A stretch of DNA of 64,000 bases from an uncultured Ignavibacteriaceae bacterium (GTDB lineage Bacteria; Bacteroidota; Ignavibacteria; Ignavibacteriales; Ignavibacteriaceae). The stretch is from contig CAZTJF010000004.1 of NCBI GenBank assembly GCA_964613805.1, positions 51,070-115,069 of the forward strand, given 5' to 3'. Below, one piece after another: positions 27,401-35,831 of this stretch; within the stretch, counting starts at the first letter, position 1, and each line of letters opens with the position of its first letter. Position numbers and translations under genes: made by a program. Under the pieces are notes generated by a model. That model did no database searches. It saw nothing but the letters and a program-made list of their open reading frames with translations, and was not told the DNA's origin.

Positions 27401-27856
27401 AACTGAAGAATTTATTATTTCTTTCCATTGAGGTTCAAGATTTTTTAGCGGATCATCTTCATGCTTAACAATTTTGATATCTTGTAATATTAAAATTCCA
27501 CCATCAAACTTACCTTCCTTAAAGAGAGGAACTGATTTAATAACAATTGTAATTTTTCTTAAGCTAAAAGTTTTTACACCCTCAATTTCTCTTTCGAAAG
27601 AGTAACCTTCGCGAAGTTTCTGGAAATATTCTAATAGATGACTATCAGGAAACAACTCTTCTTCGAATAAACTTATAGTATTCGATGGATTAATTTCAAT
27701 TCGATGAAACACACAAAATTCAAGAAAATTATTATTTAAATAAGTTATCCTGCCATCGGAATTGAAAGTTAAAATTCCCAAAGGAAATGATTCTACTAGT
27801 CGTAAGAAAAATTCCTGGGAATATCTCTGAAAAATATCGTCTTTTGAATTCGTCAT
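24461..27856 (-). CDS. Multi-PAS hybrid sensor histidine kinase with C-terminal receiver
   Basis: Several PAS-like modules across the N-terminal ~750 aa. H-box (FLSIVSHDLRTPFSSI), HATPase_c (NLISNAIKFS ... GSGMGLTIVKDII) and a receiver domain (ILLVDDN ... LVITDHNMPEMNG ... FQKP). Confidence 0.88.
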   Translation of the reverse strand: MTNSKDDIFQRYSQEFFLRLVESFPLGILTFNSDGRITYLNNNFLEFCVFHRIEINPSNTISLFEEELFPDSHLLEYFQKLREGYSFEREIEGVKTFSLRKITIVIKSVPLFKEGKFDGGILILQDIKIVKHEDDPLKNLEPQWKEIINSSVDLLLITDAEGEIKYSFGKKIKKLSWRVSPFEKYTLNSLFPKETSSILNDQIKLIKEDLTAGKFNIQLYISNRPHDYECEIEPILDDEKKIKLLFFRFSDIRRFIKTQKTLELKIQEILKSKTYLDNINLPIFVIDKEGKIIYWNTSSQNLFGYSEFQATGKYFIRLIGITEPNYFNDIKNELSKSKCAESTFNIIDSTGKEGILHASFTLVDNQEEYIVVTCQDISEKIRLENQLKNVEGKFDKIIHQSGNMIFTTDLNGKFIYANQTLLDLLNISQDEVTSYSLTDLIEQEFLSHNTLEKLSSESETNRQIEIPLVLKNGNKIFLSGFLQGTTESNGESVYNGYFQNITSLKQFNHDFNLLLALLNSAVDGITIEANNKIILVNDSFVKIFGYPRKEDLIGKSFIELVADEDVKRISEYLHLIRRKMDAPDKFEFLGRQENGTTTYYSASVSEFELEGKNYLVYITRDISERKRSQQALRESEEKYRSLIENIDDFCFTYSKFKNKLKPIFYSSNVQKITGYTQEEFISDQRLFFKIILPDDVHLAKQKIKDLLISRIKNSTEIEFRIINKYGNIVWVRNKINLVRDDSGKVQRLYGIVSDISVRRKVEDDLRKSKEDLVKLNETKDRFLSIVSHDLRTPFSSILGFTELLLKDETLTEKERNQYVRFIQESSNSMLSLVNSLLDWNRLQSGRVQFEPQKTYAYPIIEKSINSLSGAALRKNIEIKTSVPTELQIFVDENLILQVFNNLISNAIKFSSPKGIISISVSPAQRLRFLEFSVSDTGLGIKSNDMKKLFSIDSKFTMDGTAGEKGSGMGLTIVKDIIQKHGGLIWVESEPGKGSTFKFTLPIASAVILLVDDNKTDRLLYSKILKNITPDYNVEVASNGKEAMEKIKKSPPALVITDHNMPEMNGIRLVQEIQKLESKSKPPIIVLSGDIDRTAIHDYGLLGIDYIFQKPVNLANFKQAVERTIRKGLLGE

Positions 27857-28163
27857 TTACTTGTTTTGAAAAGAAAACCCTCTGATAGTACAAGGATGTA
27901 CACAATTATAATGCTAACTTATTCAACTAAATTGAAAAATGGAATAAAAAAGCCGGATAAGTTTTTTCGCACAGTTCGGAATGGCTAACTTACTATAAAA
28001 TAATTACTTAGGCGATGTGACAATTTTAAGAATTTATTCTAAAATGAGATGTTTTAACTATATATCTGAGCCACATTGTAAAACTCATAAATTAATTGTC
28101 TCATTGTGATGAAGATTTTAAAAATAAAGCAGTTTTCCCTTGCTTGGAAAATGCTATTAGAAT

Positions 28164-29954
28164 CTAATAATTTAATCTTTTTTCAAGGGCATCTAATTCA
28201 TTTGATAATTCAATTGGAATATCGTCGCCAAATATTTTATAGAACTTACTAATATTTTTAACTTCCTGTTTCCACTCATCATAGTCAATTTTAAATAATT
28301 CATTCATCGTTTGAGAACTGATATTAAGATTTGAGATATCAATCACATCTTTTGCGGGAATGAGTCCAATCGGAGATGTAACTGAATTAGATTTATTATC
28401 ACACTGTTCAAAAATCCATTTTATAACTCGAATATTTTCACCAAAACCAGGCCATAAAAATTTTCCATTAGCGTCCTTTCTAAACCAGTTGACGTGAAAA
28501 ATCTTTGGCAACTTTTTTTCATCAGTCATTTTTCCAATTTTCAGCCAATGCGAAAAATATTCACCCATATTATACCCGCAGAAAGGCAGCATCGCAAAAG
28601 GATCGTGTCTTACTTTTTCAAAATTACCTTGTGCTGCGGCTGTTACTTCAGATGAAACTATTGAACCAACAAAAGTACCATGCTGCCAATTGAACGCTTC
28701 ATAAACTAATGGGACAACATTTTCTCTTCGCCCTCCAAATAAAATTGCGGAGATTGGCACACCATTCGGATCCTCCCATGAGGGGTCCATAGTTGGGCAT
28801 TGAGAAGCAGGAATAGTATATCTTGAGTTTGGATGTGCTGGGTTTTCTTTACTTTCCGGGGTCCAATCTTTTTTTAACCAGTTTATTAACTTTTCAGGTT
28901 TATATTTTGTCATTCCTTCCCACCAAACATCACCTTCAGAGGAAAGAGCAACATTAGTAAAAATGGAATTTCTTGCCATAGTGGCCATTGCATTGGGATT
29001 TGTATCGTAAGAAGTTCCCGGTGCAACACCGAAAAATCCAGCTTCCGGATTTATTGCATACAATCTTCCATCTTCACCAAATTTCATCCACGCGATATCA
29101 TCTCCAACAGTCTCCGCCTTCCAACCTGGAATTGTGGAAGTTAACATTGCTAAGTTTGTTTTACCGCACGCACTCGGAAATGCAGCGGCAAAATATTTTT
29201 TACTGCCTTTGGGATTTGTGATACCTACAATCAGCATATGTTCGGCTAACCAACTTTCATTTCGAGCCATGTATGAAGCTATTCTTAATGCAAAACATTT
29301 TTTTCCCAATAGTGCGTTGCCGCCGTAACCACTGCCATAGGACCAAATTGTTTTTTCCTCAGGAAAATGCACAATGAATTTATTGTCTTTGTTGCAAGGC
29401 CAGGACACATCTTTTTCTCCATGATTTAGAGGTGCACCAACTGAATGTAAACAAGGAACAAAATCTCCATCACCTAAAACATCAAGTACTTTACTACCGA
29501 TTCTTGTCATAATTTTCATGCTGCAAACAACATACGGTGAATCTGTGAGTTGAACTCCGATGTATGATATTTTTGAACCGAGTGGTCCCATGCTAAATGG
29601 AATAACGTACATCGTTCTTCCTTTCATTGAACCAGTAAATAGCTTTTGCAATTTATCCTTCATAATTAATGGATCTTCCCAATTATTTGTCGGACCAGCA
29701 TCTTTCTTCTTTAAGGTGCAAATAAAAGTTTTGTCTTCAACTCTCGCAACGTCGGAAGGATCAGACATTGCACAATAACTATTTGGGCGAAGATTTTCAT
29801 TAAGTTTTACAAAAGTGCCATTCCTCACGAGCAATTCAGCGAAATGATTGTATTCATCGTTGGAGCCATCGCACCATAGCACCGAATCAGGTTGACACAT
29901 TGAAGCCATTTTATCAACCCACTTAAGTAACTTTTTATTTGAAGTTCTATTCAT
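28164..29954 (-). CDS. pckG: Phosphoenolpyruvate carboxykinase (GTP)
   Basis: About 600 aa with the GTP-PEPCK signatures [13 protein letters not shown] and [13 protein letters not shown]. Confidence 0.92.
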   Translation of the reverse strand: MNRTSNKKLLKWVDKMASMCQPDSVLWCDGSNDEYNHFAELLVRNGTFVKLNENLRPNSYCAMSDPSDVARVEDKTFICTLKKKDAGPTNNWEDPLIMKDKLQKLFTGSMKGRTMYVIPFSMGPLGSKISYIGVQLTDSPYVVCSMKIMTRIGSKVLDVLGDGDFVPCLHSVGAPLNHGEKDVSWPCNKDNKFIVHFPEEKTIWSYGSGYGGNALLGKKCFALRIASYMARNESWLAEHMLIVGITNPKGSKKYFAAAFPSACGKTNLAMLTSTIPGWKAETVGDDIAWMKFGEDGRLYAINPEAGFFGVAPGTSYDTNPNAMATMARNSIFTNVALSSEGDVWWEGMTKYKPEKLINWLKKDWTPESKENPAHPNSRYTIPASQCPTMDPSWEDPNGVPISAILFGGRRENVVPLVYEAFNWQHGTFVGSIVSSEVTAAAQGNFEKVRHDPFAMLPFCGYNMGEYFSHWLKIGKMTDEKKLPKIFHVNWFRKDANGKFLWPGFGENIRVIKWIFEQCDNKSNSVTSPIGLIPAKDVIDISNLNISSQTMNELFKIDYDEWKQEVKNISKFYKIFGDDIPIELSNELDALEKRLNY

Positions 29955-30104
29955 GTTTTACCTTTTTGTAATTAAGATGCTTAAACTTTTATGATTCACT
30001 GTTTAATATATAAAAGAAGTTCTAAATCTTCTGTGACTTGTAAGACATAATACAACTCGGGAATTATTTTGTTAAATTTAATCAATCAATTATCATAATT
30101 TTAA

Positions 30105-30881
30105 ATGTTGATCAAGTTATTATTGCAAAAGGTTGGAGCTTCTACAATAAGGTTTTTTGAAGAAATTGGACAAGTCTCAAAATTATTCTTGGGAATAGTG
30201 AAAAGTTTCTCATGGATTCCTAAAAGCAAACGACTGATTTTATTTCAAATGGAACACATCGGAGTAAATTCTCTTCCCCTTGTAATAATCATTGCAGTTT
30301 TCACCGGAGCAGTTGCTGCATGGCAAGCAGCTTATCAGCTAAAGGGTATTGCGCCTCTTTCATTCTTAGGTGCAGCAACAAGTAGAGCAATTATTACAGA
30401 ACTTGGTCCGGTACTAACAGGAATTGTTATTGCAGGAAGAGTTGGTGCCTCAATTGCGGCTGAACTTGGTACAATGAAAGTTACCGAGCAAATAGATGCT
30501 CTGGAAACTATGGCGATTAATCCAGTTCGCTATCTTGCAATGCCACGATTTCTTGCTGCAATTTTAATGATGCCCCTGCTTGTAATTTTTGCAAATGTTA
30601 TTGCAGTAATGGGAGCATATATTGTCTCCAATTATTTTCTTGGAGTTTCATTTGCGGTATTCTTTAAATCTGTCCGAAGATTTTTCGAGATTTCTGATTT
30701 ACTTTCCGGTTTATTGAAAACGATATTTTTTGGTGGGGTTACTTCATTGCTTGGCTGCCATATTGGTTTCAGAACAGAAGGTGGCGCTGAAGGTGTCGGG
30801 CTTTCGACTATTCGTTCCTTTGTTTTGTCTGCTGCCTTAATATTAATTTTGGATTACGTTCTTTGGATGTTTCTATTCTAG
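30105..30881 (+). CDS. mlaE: MlaE-family ABC transporter permease
   Basis: 258 aa and polytopic. It contains the MlaE-like core LGPVLTGIVIAGRVGASIAAELGTMKVTEQIDALETMAINPVRYL. Confidence 0.85.
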   Translation: MLIKLLLQKVGASTIRFFEEIGQVSKLFLGIVKSFSWIPKSKRLILFQMEHIGVNSLPLVIIIAVFTGAVAAWQAAYQLKGIAPLSFLGAATSRAIITELGPVLTGIVIAGRVGASIAAELGTMKVTEQIDALETMAINPVRYLAMPRFLAAILMMPLLVIFANVIAVMGAYIVSNYFLGVSFAVFFKSVRRFFEISDLLSGLLKTIFFGGVTSLLGCHIGFRTEGGAEGVGLSTIRSFVLSAALILILDYVLWMFLF

Positions 30882-31107
30882 ATGTTAGGTATTTTCTTTT
30901 GCACTAAAATTTTTTATTTCATTCTTAAGCTGAAATGACGTCTCATTTTTAGAATATTGGACAAAAAAAAGCGGAAAAATAAGCTCTTCGTTAAGTACTC
31001 AGTTCAATTAGCTTAATGGGAATTACAGAAAGTCATTACTTAACTGTTCCCAATATTTTATTAAAATGTAATTGCTTAAATAAATAAAATGTATTATATT
31101 TGAAAAG

Positions 31108-31182
31108 CGATTCATTAAGTTCTACCCCCCCTTAATGAGTCTTCCCCATGCCCGGTAGCCCTCCACCGGGCACTTTTATTTT
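31108..31182 (+). ncRNA. Candidate small RNA or 5' leader with intrinsic terminator upstream of ilvE
   Basis: A TATATTTG promoter-like octamer (31095-31102) lies upstream. Hairpin 1: 31109-31119 pairs with 31131-31141 (11 bp, one G-U) around a C7-containing loop. Hairpin 2: gcccggt (31150-31156) pairs with accgggc (31165-31171) and is followed by cacttttatttt. Confidence 0.35.
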
Positions 31183-31248
31183 AAATTTTGGATATTTTTC
31201 AGTAAATATCGGTTGTTGATTCTAACCAAAAATCTTTTGAGGTACCCA

Positions 31249-32337
31249 ATGGATAAAATATCATATCAGCTTAAGGAGAGAAAAGAAAAACCGATTCTTC
31301 CAACAAATTTGGGCTTTGGACAAATATTTTCGGATCATGTTTTTGAAATGGATTATAGTGACAAGCGGGGTTGGCATAATCCTTCGATAAAACCGTTAGA
31401 AAACTTATCACATCATCCTGCAACAATGTTTATTCACTATGGTCAAGCAGTTTTTGAAGGATTAAAAGCCTTTAAAACTAAAGATGAAGATGTTGTTATT
31501 TTTAGACCAGAACGACATCTTCAAAGATTAAATAATTCTTCTAGGAGATTATGCATTCCTGAAATTGAAGTTGAATTTGTTTTATCTGCATTAAAGGAAT
31601 TGGTTTGGATTGATAAAGATTGGATTCCCACAAAGAAAGGGGAATCATTATATATTCGACCATTTGTTTATGGAGCAGATCCGGTTTTAGGAGTTAAACC
31701 CGCATCCACATATAAACTTATTATTCTGTTATCTCCAGTTGGAGCTTATTATCCCGAAGGATTTAAACCTTTAAAAATATTAGCAACTGATGAGTATGTT
31801 CGCGCTGTGAGAAAAGGTATTGGTGAGTGTAAAACCCCTGGAAATTATGCTGCCAGTTTATATGCTAGTGAATTTGCAAGACGTCAGGGTTTCACTCAAG
31901 TACTTTGGATGGATGGTGTTGAGCAAAAGTACATCGAGGAAGTTGGAACAATGAACATCTTCATAAGATTTAAAAACGAAGTTGCTACTCCCAAATTAAC
32001 AGGTGGGATTTTACCTGGAATCACTCGCGAGTCAGTCATTCAAATTCTCAAAGATTGGGAAATGAAAGTAATCGAAAGATTAATTCCAATGGATGAGGTT
32101 ATAGCTGAATATAAAAAGGGAAATGTTCTTGGTGTTTTCGGTACGGGAACAGCTGCAATAATTTCCGAAGTTGGCTTGTTGAAATACAAACATTTGGAGA
32201 TGACTTTTAAAAGTAATCAGTCGAATGACTTGGCACTTCAACTTTTTGATAAATTAACCTCCATTCATTATGGAATTTCTGAGGATAAATATAATTGGCT
32301 TACCCATGTAACTGGAAAAGAAGTTGAAGTTTCATAA
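31249..32337 (+). CDS. ilvE: Branched-chain amino acid aminotransferase (class IV)
   Basis: Typical BCAT features: FSDHVF, YGQAVFEGLKAF, RRLCIPE, GECKTPGNYAAS and GILPGITR. I chose ATG 31249 rather than the ORF-track TTG at 31213. Confidence 0.9.
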   Translation: MDKISYQLKERKEKPILPTNLGFGQIFSDHVFEMDYSDKRGWHNPSIKPLENLSHHPATMFIHYGQAVFEGLKAFKTKDEDVVIFRPERHLQRLNNSSRRLCIPEIEVEFVLSALKELVWIDKDWIPTKKGESLYIRPFVYGADPVLGVKPASTYKLIILLSPVGAYYPEGFKPLKILATDEYVRAVRKGIGECKTPGNYAASLYASEFARRQGFTQVLWMDGVEQKYIEEVGTMNIFIRFKNEVATPKLTGGILPGITRESVIQILKDWEMKVIERLIPMDEVIAEYKKGNVLGVFGTGTAAIISEVGLLKYKHLEMTFKSNQSNDLALQLFDKLTSIHYGISEDKYNWLTHVTGKEVEVS

Positions 32338-33403
32338 AATTTTTGCGTTGTTACTATTTTTAAGTTCAGGGATTTCATTTCCTCAAAACACGCATAGACC
32401 CCAAAACATTATCATTCTTATTGGTGATGGAATGGGTGTTGGTTACGTCAGTACTGCGGTTCTTACAATTCCGAACAATCCTTTTCAAGAATTCAGTTCT
32501 GTCGGATTTTCAATTACCAAAGCCGCTAATAAGTTGATAACTGACTCTGCCCCCGGAGCTTCTGCCATTTCCACAGGTTACCGTATAAATTATTTATCTA
32601 TAGCTGTTGATACAAGCAGTTATCCTATTCAAACTATTTTTGATGAAGCAGAGAAACTTGGTCTTTCAACAGGAATGGTAGTAACAAGTTCAATCACTGA
32701 TGCAACCCCAGCAGCATTTGTTGCACATGTTAGTAACAGAAAAGAAGAAACAGAAATAGCTAAGCAATTTTTGAAAAAGAGGATTGAAGTTGTGATTGGC
32801 GGTGGGGAAGCATATTTCTCTGATTCGATTTTAATTGATTCGATGAGAAACGGTTTAGATATTTTGAAAGAAGATGGATATGAAATTTTCACAGATTTTG
32901 AAAATCTTAAGAGTAATCCACCGTCCTCCAATTTTTATGCACTTCTTGGGAAAAAGCACTTACCTAAAACAAGTGAAAGAGAATATTCTTTAACCGACCT
33001 CACCGAAATTGCTCTATCCCATTTATCAAAAAATGAGAGTGGTTTTGTGTTGATGGTTGAGGGTTCACAAATTGACTGGGGAGGACATAAAAACGACCAA
33101 GAATATATTCTATCTGAACTCACAGATTTCTGCGGGGCAATTACCACTGCCTTAAATTTTGCGAAGAATAATAATACATTAGTTTTAGTTACAGCAGATC
33201 ACGAAACCGGAGGTATGTCTATAACTGATGGTAAAATGGATGGTTCTGAACTAAAAATGAAATTCAATTCGACTGGTCATACTGCTGAATTAGTCGGAGT
33301 TTTTGCCAAAGGTCCTGGTGAGGAATTATTTCGTGGTGTATATGACAACTATATGATTGGTAGAAATTTATTTCATCTTCTCAATCCCGATTACAAATTC
33401 TGA
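32324..33403 (+). CDS. Alkaline phosphatase (PhoA family), secreted
   Basis: Signal peptide present. Motifs: IGDGMG, the active-site region TDSAPGASAISTG, ITDATPAAF, IDWGGH and TADHETGG. It has a TTG start that overlaps ilvE by 14 nt. Confidence 0.85.
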   Translation: MKFHKIFALLLFLSSGISFPQNTHRPQNIIILIGDGMGVGYVSTAVLTIPNNPFQEFSSVGFSITKAANKLITDSAPGASAISTGYRINYLSIAVDTSSYPIQTIFDEAEKLGLSTGMVVTSSITDATPAAFVAHVSNRKEETEIAKQFLKKRIEVVIGGGEAYFSDSILIDSMRNGLDILKEDGYEIFTDFENLKSNPPSSNFYALLGKKHLPKTSEREYSLTDLTEIALSHLSKNESGFVLMVEGSQIDWGGHKNDQEYILSELTDFCGAITTALNFAKNNNTLVLVTADHETGGMSITDGKMDGSELKMKFNSTGHTAELVGVFAKGPGEELFRGVYDNYMIGRNLFHLLNPDYKF

Positions 33404-33448
33404 ATTACTGAATTTCCGCTATCTTTTTTTACTTTTCAAAAAAATATC

Positions 33449-33488
33449 TTGACAAGTGTACTTATGTTCACTATATTTGTAGTGAACA
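33449..33488 (+). promoter_or_regulatory. lexA promoter with overlapping palindromic operator(s)
   Basis: TTGACA (33449-33454) lies 17 nt upstream of TATATT (33472-33477), and the latter is part of TATATTTG. A perfect 8-bp inverted repeat, TGTTCACT (33465-33472) and AGTGAACA (33481-33488), brackets the -10 element. An imperfect GTGTAC-N4-GTTCAC palindrome (33456-33471) lies in the spacer. Confidence 0.55.
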
Positions 33489-33501
33489 ATTGAACACATA
33501 T

Positions 33502-34149
33502 ATGAAAAACATACTTACTGATCGTCAAAAGGACATTTTGAACTTCATCGAAGAGTATCGAGGCGAGAATGGTTATCCGCCAACGCTAAGAGAAATTGGG
33601 AAAAGGTTTGAAATTTCATCTACATTTGGAGTTAAACGACACTTAGAAGCGTTGGTTAAAAAGGGTTATATAGCCGTAGAAAGCAATGCAAGCCGGGGAA
33701 TCTCATTTCTCAGGAATGAATTTGAGCCAACGGTTAATTCAAGTTTACGTTCCGAGAATCACTTTAGTAAAATCCCAATTGTAGGACGTGTCGCTGCCGG
33801 CACTCCAATACTTGCAATTGAGAATATTGAAGGGAGTTTAGTTGTCGATCCATCTTTCCTCAAGAAATCCGAAAATTATTTTGCTCTAAAAGTTAGAGGG
33901 GATAGTATGATTGAAGCCGGTATCTTTGATGGAGATTTTGTTATAGTATCATCGAGAAAAGAAGCATTTAATGGTGAAATTATTGTTGCAATGGTTGACG
34001 GTGAGGTTACTGTTAAAATATATGAAAAGAAATTTGGTCAAGTAAACTTAATTCCGCGCAACATAAATTATCAGCCAATTCCAGTAGATAGTAATTCTGA
34101 TTTTTCCATCCTTGGAAAAGTTTCAGGTGTAATTAGATTATTAAATTGA
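33502..34149 (+). CDS. lexA: LexA repressor (S24 peptidase)
   Basis: N-terminal wHTH (LTDRQKDILNFI ... PPTLREIGKRF ... HLEALVKKGYI), the Ala-Gly cleavage site (GRVAAGTP), catalytic Ser (RGDSM) and catalytic Lys (VTVKIY). I chose ATG 33502 rather than the TTG at 33490. Confidence 0.92.
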   Translation: MKNILTDRQKDILNFIEEYRGENGYPPTLREIGKRFEISSTFGVKRHLEALVKKGYIAVESNASRGISFLRNEFEPTVNSSLRSENHFSKIPIVGRVAAGTPILAIENIEGSLVVDPSFLKKSENYFALKVRGDSMIEAGIFDGDFVIVSSRKEAFNGEIIVAMVDGEVTVKIYEKKFGQVNLIPRNINYQPIPVDSNSDFSILGKVSGVIRLLN

Positions 34150-34159
34150 AAGAAATAAA

Positions 34160-34399
34160 ATGAAAACAAAAATATTTGCTGACGCAATAAGTAAACGAAA
34201 TCAAATTAAATTTTTATATGGTTTTGATGAAGTGGTGCTTGAGCCATATTATATTACCAAAGATAAGTCGGGTAAAAAAGTTATTTACGGCAGAGTTACA
34301 AACTCCAGTGAAGTAAAAAAATTTGAATACAGCTTAATTGCAAACATTAAAGTTTTTAATGACAGAAGATTTTCACCAAGAATTAGTATGGTTTCTTAA
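34160..34399 (+). CDS. Small WYL-like (Sm/SH3-fold) protein, function unknown
   Basis: 79 aa. The pattern IKFLYGFDEVVLEPYYITKDKSGKKVIYGRVTNSSEVKKFEYSLIANIKV resembles the WYL-domain consensus (x-Y ... EP ... G-x-x-Y-hydrophobic ... F-x-x-x-x-I). It lies 10 nt after the lexA stop. Confidence 0.4.
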   Translation: MKTKIFADAISKRNQIKFLYGFDEVVLEPYYITKDKSGKKVIYGRVTNSSEVKKFEYSLIANIKVFNDRRFSPRISMVS

Positions 34400-34425
34400 T
34401 TGTTTTTAAACAATCGAGGTATAAA

Positions 34426-34860
34426 ATGACTGAAATATTAAGAAGAAAGAATGTCGATTTGTTAGTCGAAGAATTTTGGAGAAAAGGTTACTTAACCTTA
34501 AGCAGAAAATTTGGAACGTATCTTCCCGAACCAACCTCTGTTGGAGGTTTTGAGGTGGATATTGTTGCCAGGCAGAAAAATAAATTTGCCATTGGCTTAA
34601 CTTTAAACGATGAGGATTTGAAAAATCAAGCTGCTCTATTAAATAAGATTAAATATTTAGCTACACGGCAAACTCGTCATGGTAATGTTCCCGTCATGCT
34701 TTTCATCGGAGTTAAAGACGAAAACTTCAAAACATTAAAATTACTGGTTGACCAGCTTGAAGAAGACGTTAGAAAAAATATAAAACTGATTCTGATTACA
34801 GAACATAGAACAGTAATTAGGAAAAGACATGAAGAAAAATCTATTCCGCTCTTTTCTTAA
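34426..34860 (+). CDS. Hypothetical protein, possible degenerate PD-(D/E)xK nuclease-like fold
   Basis: 144 aa. The segment EEFWRKGY ... VGGFEVDIVARQKNKFAIGL resembles the helix plus beta-hairpin core of restriction-endonuclease-fold proteins. No clean (D/E)xK motif is visible. It lies 26 nt after the previous gene. Confidence 0.3.
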   Translation: MTEILRRKNVDLLVEEFWRKGYLTLSRKFGTYLPEPTSVGGFEVDIVARQKNKFAIGLTLNDEDLKNQAALLNKIKYLATRQTRHGNVPVMLFIGVKDENFKTLKLLVDQLEEDVRKNIKLILITEHRTVIRKRHEEKSIPLFS

Positions 34861-35047
34861 GCATATAATTTGTTGGGGAGTAGATTGCGCTTCTCAAAAC
34901 ATATAGCTTTTTCCCTTTCATTATAAAATCTGCATTTATTATCTTTCATGTCGCAAACTGCTGTTTTGTGAACATTTACAATTGATTGTAAGTCTTAACA
35001 ACAGATAAGCAGCTTCATGCTTAAATTATTTCAAAGAAGGAGAATAT

Positions 35048-35827
35048 TTGAAAAGTTCTCGCAGCTCATCCGATGAGAGTATCCAGGCAGAACTTAAAAA
35101 GTCCGGCGAGATTCCAAAACATATTGCAATCATTATGGATGGAAATGGACGATGGGCAAAGAAAAGAGGATTACCACGCGCCGCCGGTCATACGCGGGGA
35201 GTTGAATCCGTTAGGGATATTGTTAAAGCATGCTCTAAATTAGGTGTAAGTTATTTAACATTGTATACTTTCTCGACTGAAAATTGGCGAAGACCAAGAG
35301 AAGAAGTTTCTATGCTTATGCGTCTTCTCCTAAAAAGTTTGAGGGATGAAACCGATGAGCTTAATCAGAATGATATTAAGATAACAATGATTGGTGAGCT
35401 TCATTCGCTGCCGGAAGAAGTTCAAAAAGAACTTGAAGATGCACGGGATAAAACCAAGGACAACAAGAAAATGGTTCTTAATTTGGCATTGAGTTACAGC
35501 GGGAGAGTTGAGATTTTAACCGCTATTAGAAAAATTGCCGACTCTGTCGCAAATAATAAATTAAAACCAGAATGTATAGACGAAACTATTATATCAGACC
35601 ATCTTATGACTAAGGATATGCCAGACCCTGATTTGGTTATTAGAACAAGCGGTGAATTTAGAGTGAGTAATTTCCTTTTATGGCAGATTGCCTATTCGGA
35701 GTTTTATATTTCAGATGTACTTTGGCCGGACTTCCGAAGAAACAATTTATATGATGCTATCAGAAGTTTTCAAAAAAGGGAACGAAGATTTGGCAAAGTC
35801 AGCGAACAAATAAAGAAAAAGGTGTAA
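35048..35827 (+). CDS. uppS: Undecaprenyl-diphosphate synthase (cis-prenyltransferase)
   Basis: HIAIIMDGNGRWAKKRGLPR, TLYTFSTENWRRP, DLVIRTSGEFRVSNFLLWQ and ERRFG motifs. TTG start. Confidence 0.9.
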   Translation: MKSSRSSSDESIQAELKKSGEIPKHIAIIMDGNGRWAKKRGLPRAAGHTRGVESVRDIVKACSKLGVSYLTLYTFSTENWRRPREEVSMLMRLLLKSLRDETDELNQNDIKITMIGELHSLPEEVQKELEDARDKTKDNKKMVLNLALSYSGRVEILTAIRKIADSVANNKLKPECIDETIISDHLMTKDMPDPDLVIRTSGEFRVSNFLLWQIAYSEFYISDVLWPDFRRNNLYDAIRSFQKRERRFGKVSEQIKKKV

Positions 35828-35831
35828 CCTA

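Noticed and set aside
31147-31218. 23-codon ORF (MPGSPPPGTFILNFGYFSVNIGC) spanning the terminator upstream of ilvE, considered as a leader peptide for classical attenuation
   Set aside because: It is not enriched in Ile/Leu/Val codon runs and has no RBS. Its ATG lies inside the structured region. The RNA-structure explanation (sRNA or leader terminator) fits better.
34963-34974. tgttttgtgaaca upstream of uppS, considered as a second LexA box
   Set aside because: Only one arm (GTGAACA) matches the lexA-promoter palindrome. There is no inverted partner at the 8-nt or 4-nt spacing.
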